A stretch of 63,208 nt of DNA. It comes from a virus (lineage: Duplodnaviria > Heunggongvirae > Uroviricota > Caudoviricetes). Position 1 is the stretch's first letter. Each line of letters opens with the position of its first letter. Shown piece after piece: positions 57,155-63,208 of this stretch. The notes beneath the pieces were generated by a model, which did no database searches, was not told where the DNA came from, and saw only the letters and a program-made list of their open reading frames with translations. Where the stretch lies: the IMG/VR virus record IMGVR_UViG_3300031134_000612. One strand, written 5' to 3'. A program made the translations under genes and the position numbers.

Positions 57155-57790
57155 TTAGATTTTCATCATATCGAGTACTGTGATAATGTCTTGATCAACA
57201 TCAGTGACTTCATAGCCCACTAATTGAGAAACCGTATCTTTATAAGCATTCAGCAGTGGAATAATAATATCATCTGCTTTTTTATAATAGACATGTACAT
57301 CAATAAAGGTGGGGTTCTCAGGTAATTTACCATCGAGTTGAGTAATTTCATAAATTGGAGTTACATTGTTTAAGTGAATAAAAAAACGAAAAGCCGTAAA
57401 GCCTATTTTATCACCAGCACCGCGAATAACAAAGCCCACATTATCAATATCAAAAAAATCTTTATTATCAGGATTTAATTCTATTTCTATAGAAGCTGGG
57501 GAATTAGAAAAACTAATATCAAGATTCAACAATTGAGAATATTTCAAAATAATTTTTTTTAGTTTATTTGTAAATGTCTTCGCTTTAATCTTTTTAATAC
57601 TGGATTCAAACAGTTCAAGATATTCTACTTCTTGAGTTAATTTACTGGTTGAAACAGGCTCATCAAGCGTGTGATGTTCACTGATCATAAAATAAGGATT
57701 GAAGTTTGTTTTTTCAGGGGTTACACCCACTTGAGCCATCAAGTCTTTGAATGCTTGATTAAATAATTTACGTCTTTCAAAATAATCCAT
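57155..57790 (-). CDS. Hypothetical protein, MxxI family
   Basis: ATG at 57790 with GGAG RBS; ends DIITVLDMMKI*. Confidence 0.7.
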   Translation of the reverse strand: MDYFERRKLFNQAFKDLMAQVGVTPEKTNFNPYFMISEHHTLDEPVSTSKLTQEVEYLELFESSIKKIKAKTFTNKLKKIILKYSQLLNLDISFSNSPASIEIELNPDNKDFFDIDNVGFVIRGAGDKIGFTAFRFFIHLNNVTPIYEITQLDGKLPENPTFIDVHVYYKKADDIIIPLLNAYKDTVSQLVGYEVTDVDQDIITVLDMMKI

Positions 57791-57841
57791 AATCTCTCCA
57801 TACCTATAATACAACAAAAGAGGAAGAATCCTCTTTGACTG

Positions 57842-58165
57842 TCATTCTGGAACTTTTACATACTTAGACCCATTGATTTCAACAGTGTCCGTATCGGAAA
57901 CGGAATCATCAATAATGCTTCGGCTACCACTGACAACATGCTCAGTTGTTTTTCCATAAGGGAAACTGGTGTCCGTAACTGCATTAGGGCAATGAGTTAC
58001 ATAGAGGTTAGAATGTGAAAAGCCACCTCCTTTCAAGTAGAAAACTTTACAACCTTTCATTTCTGCTGGCATTGCATATTCAGAAGTAATGTTTTCCGAC
58101 GAAGCACCATAAGCCGCCAAAGACATGAATACCAAAAACAAGACGGCCATCATTTTTTTAATCAT
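57842..58165 (-). CDS. Small secreted protein
   Basis: Signal peptide; GCKVFYL..YVTHCPN. Confidence 0.65.
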   Translation of the reverse strand: MIKKMMAVLFLVFMSLAAYGASSENITSEYAMPAEMKGCKVFYLKGGGFSHSNLYVTHCPNAVTDTSFPYGKTTEHVVSGSRSIIDDSVSDTDTVEINGSKYVKVPE

Positions 58166-58249
58166 TTTAATCTCCATTTCATTTAAGGTGTGTATTATAA
58201 CAGGTGTCTAAACAAAAGTCATCAAATTTCATTGAAAAGGCCGAAGCCT

Positions 58250-59560
58250 TTATTCAAAGTTTTTCATGTCATGTTTCGGTGATTCTTTAGGAATTAAATA
58301 CGTGTTATGATGTGGAGTTAAAATCCAGTGCCACATTTTTGGTCTTTCTGGTGAAAACGCATTACCATCACCATCAGACAAAACAAAAACAGCGTCTGGA
58401 TGTTTTCTTTGTGCTGTAATTTCACGAATTTTCTTGTCCAAAATATGGAAATAAGTACCACCGCCACCACGCACTTTACCTGATTTCAAATCAATCGGAT
58501 AAAGATTACAATCAAACGCATACGCTTCAATTTCAAATTTATCTTCTGGAATAGTTTGCAACATTTTAACAAATCGTTGTGCATAAGAATAACACGAACC
58601 CGAAGTGTCAAGGAAGAACACAACACGATAACGTTCTTTTGAAGGTACTTCTTCATTCCAGTGACCTTGAATAAGAATATCATCATCCAGACACATTGTA
58701 CGACGATCTCGTGAGATCCAAGATGGTTTCTCAACTGTATCGTAACGAATCCCAGATTTCAAATGATGTTTTACAATTTCTTCCCACTTCTTTTTCTTCT
58801 TAGGTGGATTAGGATCAATACTGATATAAGCCCCTAATGGCATTTTACCTGCTGGACTGCCTGCAGCATCTTTGATTTCTGCTTCCAGCTCTTTTGCCAA
58901 GTCAAATTTTTCTTTATCACTCAATCGTGGATTGATTTCTTCTTGAAGGGCTTGGGCGGCTTCTGAACCGGCTTGCTGAGCTTGATCCATCAAATCTTGG
59001 ATAGCCGGATCAAGACCTTCAATGCCATTACCACGAGCGTGCTGGTCGAGTGTAGATTGATCAGTTTGCTTGTTGGTCTTGCCCATCAAGTCAAGATAGT
59101 AATGGAATGAACCACGGGTGTGAATACCATGTTTAATGATTTCATCTTGATCAAAGACAGTACCAACAAAACAGAATTTATCCCAGTCAACAATTTCAAA
59201 TTTATTGAAACCAAAACTGTTCACCAACATTTCATTGATAACAATATCTTGTGCCACGTTAACACTTTCTTGGTCAGCATGCTCCAAACCACGCTTACCA
59301 TGATTGAGAATAACATGAAGGCATTCATGAGCAATAACGAAGGCTTTGTTGTTCATATCAAGGGCATCCCAGAAATCAGGATTAAGAATAAGATACAAGA
59401 CATGACCATCGCGGTCAAACCCTACGGCTGCAGTTTTAATACTGCGAGTAAACAAAGGCTTACCGATTGACCAAAAAGTTTGAAAAATAACATGATGCAT
59501 TGATAGGCGATTAGCAATATCAATACGTTCTTCAAAAGTAAATTCTCTATCTTTTATCAC
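58250..59560 (-). CDS. Metallopeptidase-like (HExxH) plus vWA domain protein, DUF2201-like (module 2)
   Basis: AHECLHVILNH, NVAQDIVIN, FFLDTSGS MIDAS, GGGGTYF, LSDG; GTG start. Confidence 0.88.
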   Translation of the reverse strand: MIKDREFTFEERIDIANRLSMHHVIFQTFWSIGKPLFTRSIKTAAVGFDRDGHVLYLILNPDFWDALDMNNKAFVIAHECLHVILNHGKRGLEHADQESVNVAQDIVINEMLVNSFGFNKFEIVDWDKFCFVGTVFDQDEIIKHGIHTRGSFHYYLDLMGKTNKQTDQSTLDQHARGNGIEGLDPAIQDLMDQAQQAGSEAAQALQEEINPRLSDKEKFDLAKELEAEIKDAAGSPAGKMPLGAYISIDPNPPKKKKKWEEIVKHHLKSGIRYDTVEKPSWISRDRRTMCLDDDILIQGHWNEEVPSKERYRVVFFLDTSGSCYSYAQRFVKMLQTIPEDKFEIEAYAFDCNLYPIDLKSGKVRGGGGTYFHILDKKIREITAQRKHPDAVFVLSDGDGNAFSPERPKMWHWILTPHHNTYLIPKESPKHDMKNFE

Positions 59561-59681
59561 TATTAAGCCCTCTTTTCATTGATTTATTATACCAAATATC
59601 ATCAAAAAAGTAAAGAAATTTAGTAAAAAAAACAATAAATAAAGCGTCCTAAAACGCTTTGTTTTCAAGCTCTTGATCTGT

Positions 59682-60014
59682 TTAAACAGTGCTATTTACC
59701 GTGTTTAAAAAATCAATATCTTGCTCACTGACACGGTACGCAATCACATTACTGTTTCGAGATGTGCTATACAAAACACATGCTTCTCCATCTTGTAAAT
59801 TCCACACTTTGTTTTCAACATCAATGGATTTGCTTTTTGATTTCAAAGTTTCAATTACAGACTCTACATGAACAACATAATAACCAGAAACCACATCAAC
59901 CACATGAGAAATATTCAAGTTACGTGGTGATTGACCACTCTTGTAAAATGATTGCAAACAAAAATCATCATTGAAATTACCATCAAACAACATAAATAAC
60001 GGTTTCTTAGTCAT
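59682..60014 (-). CDS. Hypothetical protein
   Basis: 110-aa ORF with GAGG RBS. Confidence 0.6.
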   Translation of the reverse strand: MTKKPLFMLFDGNFNDDFCLQSFYKSGQSPRNLNISHVVDVVSGYYVVHVESVIETLKSKSKSIDVENKVWNLQDGEACVLYSTSRNSNVIAYRVSEQDIDFLNTVNSTV

Positions 60015-60113
60015 ACTTTAAATCCTCTTTAAAATGTAGGCCAATAATAGCAGAGCCGAGAAAAGTATTCAAGTGTTTTTTAAATGATTATGATTACCAT
60101 TTAACAATATTTT

Positions 60114-60674
60114 CTATATATTAACCATTGCTAGTAGATCAAGCTTATCATTTAAAGAGACTCCATTCGTTTCAATGTCTAAATTATTTAATTCAATGTC
60201 TATCAACTGATTGGTTCGAACCACTAAATCAACAAGTTCTGTTTTAGTTCGATTGACATATAACTTAATACTATGGGTCAAATCACCAAAGACGATTTTT
60301 TTAGAAGCTTTATGCATACGTGCTGAAACTTCCAGTAGGCCATAAGATCGAATGATTTTTCGACTATCAAGAAATGCGATACATTTTAAACCTAATGCTA
60401 ACTCATCTTTAAAAACAGTACCATCAAAGCGTAAAGCTGCCAGAGCTTCAGGTGCATAGCTACAGCAAATGTTAGCTTTTAACACATCATCAGTTTCGTT
60501 AAAAGAAACTCTCATAACAAGACCATTATCTTCTGATTTGGTTGAATTCCATAAACGATAAGTCACTGAATAACAATTGGGTGATATCGTGTTTTTACCT
60601 TCTTTCAATTTTTCTATAATGGTAATATTAAATTGATAAAAAAATTGATTAATTAATCGCTCATAATCTTGCAT
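60114..60674 (-). CDS. Hypothetical protein, MxxI family (duplicate of 60760..61293)
   Basis: MQDYERLINQFF...LNDKLDLLAMVNI*. Confidence 0.75.
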   Translation of the reverse strand: MQDYERLINQFFYQFNITIIEKLKEGKNTISPNCYSVTYRLWNSTKSEDNGLVMRVSFNETDDVLKANICCSYAPEALAALRFDGTVFKDELALGLKCIAFLDSRKIIRSYGLLEVSARMHKASKKIVFGDLTHSIKLYVNRTKTELVDLVVRTNQLIDIELNNLDIETNGVSLNDKLDLLAMVNI

Positions 60675-60759
60675 ACAGTCTCCTAAACTAGCTGTAATTA
60701 TCTAAATTTATATTTTACCCATCTTTCAAATCATTACGTTTGCCATTTAAAAATATTTC

Positions 60760-61293
60760 CTATATACAAATCATTCCTAATAGGTCCAACTTATCATTTA
60801 AATTAATGTTATTAGAGTCAATATTTAATTGTTCTAAATCTATATTAACCAAATCTTCAACTTTATCAATAATTTCAAAACGAGCTGTTTTAACTAGACT
60901 GATATACATTAAAATTGTGTTTGAAAAACTTGTGAAATTGATCAATTGTGTTTTATCCATTTCTGCTGTAATTTTTATAATATTTGAAAAATTTTTAATT
61001 TTTTTTCTATTAAGGTAATCAATACATTTTAAACCAATATTTATTTTATCATATATATCGGAACTGCCGAACTTCATTTGATTATGGTCTTGAAAGATAA
61101 TAGTAGATTTTAACATTAAATCATTTTCTAAAAAAAAAAATTTAACAACAGAACTAACAGGTTCTTTTTTTAAACAATAAGAAATTGAAAAACCTTCAGT
61201 TGAGAGTACTGTTTTCTTTTCAATAACTGGCACTTTGAAAGTTATATTAAAATGCTCAAAAAAATGATTAATTAACCGTTCATAATCCTGCAT
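60760..61293 (-). CDS. Hypothetical protein, MxxI family
   Basis: MQDYERLINHFF...LNDKLDLLGMICI*. Confidence 0.75.
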   Translation of the reverse strand: MQDYERLINHFFEHFNITFKVPVIEKKTVLSTEGFSISYCLKKEPVSSVVKFFFLENDLMLKSTIIFQDHNQMKFGSSDIYDKINIGLKCIDYLNRKKIKNFSNIIKITAEMDKTQLINFTSFSNTILMYISLVKTARFEIIDKVEDLVNIDLEQLNIDSNNINLNDKLDLLGMICI

Positions 61294-61327
61294 GCAGACT
61301 CCTTAAAATTTATTAAATTATCTAAAT

Positions 61328-61882
61328 TTATATTTTTGCCATCAAATACATATCAATGAGGTCAGCGAACTCGATATCGTCAATAGTAAGATTCCATTCC
61401 TTAAAATGACTATTAATGATGTTCATCGTAACATCTTCTAAACAACAATAATTAAGTCCATTTTTAGTTATCAAGTTAATGCCTTGATAACAATTGGTCA
61501 CTTCAATTGTATTATCAACTGTATTCATTTCAATAGTAAAATACATAGTTGGATAGTAATGTTCTACCTTCAATAAGTCCAAGACAGATACACATTTTTG
61601 ACCTATTTTCATTCGTTCAACAATAGCTTCATTATTGAATATCATACCACTTTTAACACCATTTTCATAAATATAAGAAACGGTTGTTCTTAAAACAACA
61701 TCAGATTTAAAATTATCTTCAAATTCAAATCGAATGATTTTATGATTAATGACATTTGATTTTTTTTCACGAGTGTCCACAAACATTAAACAATCAGGCC
61801 AATTCTCTCTTTCATGAAACTCTGTTAATTCAATTGATTGCGATTTAAAAAAGTAATCAATCATTTTTTCTTCATTATTCAT
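61328..61882 (-). CDS. Hypothetical protein, MxxI family
   Basis: Distant paralog (IGQKCVSVL versus LGLKCIAFL and IGLKCIDYL); ends IDMYLMAKI*. Confidence 0.7.
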   Translation of the reverse strand: MNNEEKMIDYFFKSQSIELTEFHERENWPDCLMFVDTREKKSNVINHKIIRFEFEDNFKSDVVLRTTVSYIYENGVKSGMIFNNEAIVERMKIGQKCVSVLDLLKVEHYYPTMYFTIEMNTVDNTIEVTNCYQGINLITKNGLNYCCLEDVTMNIINSHFKEWNLTIDDIEFADLIDMYLMAKI

Positions 61883-61902
61883 ATTGGAACCTTTCAATTA
61901 AA

Positions 61903-61927
61903 AAAAGAGGCCGGAAGCCCCTTTTTA
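61903..61927 (-). terminator. Intrinsic terminator
   Basis: AAAAAAGGGGC-TTCCG-GCCTCTTTTTT on the minus strand. Confidence 0.7.
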
Positions 61928-61939
61928 AGTTAACATCAA

Positions 61940-63208
61940 TTAGAAGTTACCATAAACAGCATGGAATTCAGCTTCCGAAATAATCTTTACACCCATTTGC
62001 TGTGCTTTTTGCATTTTCACACTCGTTGTTGTTTTATCCACAACAATCAGATAATCAGTATTACCATTAACTGAAGTTTGATTAAACGCACCAATACGTT
62101 GCAACAAGCTTTCAAGATCTGTTCGTGAATTACCATTTTTATAACGAAGTGTAAACTTACCAGTCATAACCACGTTTTTGCCATTCAAGTTCATTGTGAC
62201 GTTCGTTGGCAAAATGTTTTTCAACTCTTTCAACACATCAGCAAAATCCTTTTTATGTGTGGTTTCCATTGTAGCCACAACAGAATCAGGAATCTTGGAT
62301 GGATTCGCCACTGCCGCATCAAGCCATTCCACATCTTTAATTTCCAACTTCGAAATCAAGTAATCATCTGGAATGTATTTAGCATAGTTTGCAAAGTCTT
62401 TAAGAATAAAATCTTTAAACTTCACTACGTTGCTAACGTTTTGCAAGAAAGTCATTTTATCGTTGTTCGTTTTGCTTACAACGTCTTTCCATTCGTCATC
62501 CAATGAAACCTTTTGAATACGCTCACGCAAGCTCGCCAAGTTACTTTCTTTTGGCAATACATGTTCAAGGTTGCCTTTCACATTAAATACACACAAAGCG
62601 TCTTCCAAGCGACGTGGAGAAATTTTGTGTTGCATCTTTTCATCAAGTGCGTTCCACCATTCAACAAAAGGAACAGCAAGAGCACCATGTTTAGATTTCA
62701 TGTAAGGGCGGTCAACTTTGTAAGGAACATCAATTTGCACTTGAAAACGGTCAAGTTGTGCTGGGTCAATTTGTTCTACGTCATAACCACCAGCGTCTTC
62801 TGAGAAAGGGTTAATTGCGGCCCAAATAACTTTGAGGTTGTTGAATTTACGACCGTTAATGGATTTAAACTGAATAAGTTCCATTACAGCGTTTCGAACT
62901 TTGGCAGGTGCTCGGTTAAATTCGTCAAAGAAAATAGCCTCGATATTATCATCCGCAAAGCGAGCTGGACGGATAAGCTCAATCACTTCCATACCATCTT
63001 TTTCACGTTTAACAGCTTTTGGGACACCCACAAAGTCTACCCATGCGTCCATTGTTGAAGCTGAGAAATAAGCCCAATTATCAGCACCAAACGTTGATGA
63101 AAAAACATCTTTGATAATTGCAGTTTTACCCACACCGTGACGGCCAGAAAGCAAAACGTTGAAACCATTTGATGCGTACAGCTTCAATAATTCAGTGTCT
63201 AAAATCAT
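61940..63208 (-). CDS. MoxR/AAA_5-type ATPase with C-terminal BRCT domain (module 2)
   Basis: Walker A SGRHGVGKT, IFFDEFNRA, WAAINP, LDRF, SPRR; BRCT GKNVVMTG..SVNGNTDYLIV..KAQQMGVKIISE; start lies at the window edge. Confidence 0.88.
   Translation of the reverse strand: MILDTELLKLYASNGFNVLLSGRHGVGKTAIIKDVFSSTFGADNWAYFSASTMDAWVDFVGVPKAVKREKDGMEVIELIRPARFADDNIEAIFFDEFNRAPAKVRNAVMELIQFKSINGRKFNNLKVIWAAINPFSEDAGGYDVEQIDPAQLDRFQVQIDVPYKVDRPYMKSKHGALAVPFVEWWNALDEKMQHKISPRRLEDALCVFNVKGNLEHVLPKESNLASLRERIQKVSLDDEWKDVVSKTNNDKMTFLQNVSNVVKFKDFILKDFANYAKYIPDDYLISKLEIKDVEWLDAAVANPSKIPDSVVATMETTHKKDFADVLKELKNILPTNVTMNLNGKNVVMTGKFTLRYKNGNSRTDLESLLQRIGAFNQTSVNGNTDYLIVVDKTTTSVKMQKAQQMGVKIISEAEFHAVYGNF

Noticed and set aside
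76-57817. Longest-ORF start codons for several genes (76, 1738, 7402, 18369, 26510, 30389, 37853, 42002, 43178, 54871, 57817)
   Set aside because: Downstream ATGs have clear Shine-Dalgarno sequences, and in some cases the extension overlaps a promoter (e.g. 7393-7421).
4152-61882. CaaX-type prenylation signal as the explanation of the MxxI tail
   Set aside because: Position -4 is Met or Ala, never Cys, and bacteria lack the CaaX pathway.
357-62803. Numerous opposite-strand or alternative-frame ORFs in the track (e.g. 357..581, 5637..6053, 8779..9258, 16638..16934, 20577..20873, 50373..51200, 51444..52034, 59120..59470)
   Set aside because: They lie inside or antisense to well-supported genes, lack RBSs or motifs, and have compositions typical of shadow ORFs.
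1-63208. Nucleus-forming jumbo phage hallmarks (chimallin, PhuZ, multisubunit RNA polymerase)
   Set aside because: None recognised in this window, so the MxxI tail cannot be tied to phage-nucleus import from this sequence alone.

Overview
AT-rich, densely packed window from a giant mobile replicon (jumbo phage or megaplasmid) of a gammaproteobacterium, probably Pseudomonas-like. No rRNA, tRNA, CRISPR array, capsid/tail, replicase or core tra operon is recognisable, so phage versus plasmid cannot be settled here. Recognisable genes: DnaK, Com1/ScsC-type DsbA, Spy/CpxP-like chaperone, ATP-grasp, NTase-HAD fusion, TerD-like protein, CYTH, ADP-ribosylglycohydrolase, NADAR, DUF4326, Nudix, three DEDDh exonucleases, two T7 gp0.7-like kinases, a tnpB-only IS200/IS605 element, two MoxR AAA+/vWA-metallopeptidase modules (one AAA fused to BRCT), a PAS-PAS chemoreceptor, a PilZ-like protein and Bfd. 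Two signals stand out as unexplained. (1) Two promoter- and terminator-bounded arrays (15.7 and 16.5 kb) carry four copies of a covarying structured RNA motif with fixed boxes and variable loops, placed divergently inside a five-gene paralog cluster. (2) Nineteen mostly unrelated hypothetical proteins across the window end in the same C-terminal motif, [LIVM]-hydrophobic-x-[M/A]-x-x-[I/F]-stop, suggesting a shared targeting or docking signal. A DotL/IcmO-like helical domain protein hints at type IVB secretion. All family assignments come from recognising motifs by eye and need HMM or structure confirmation.
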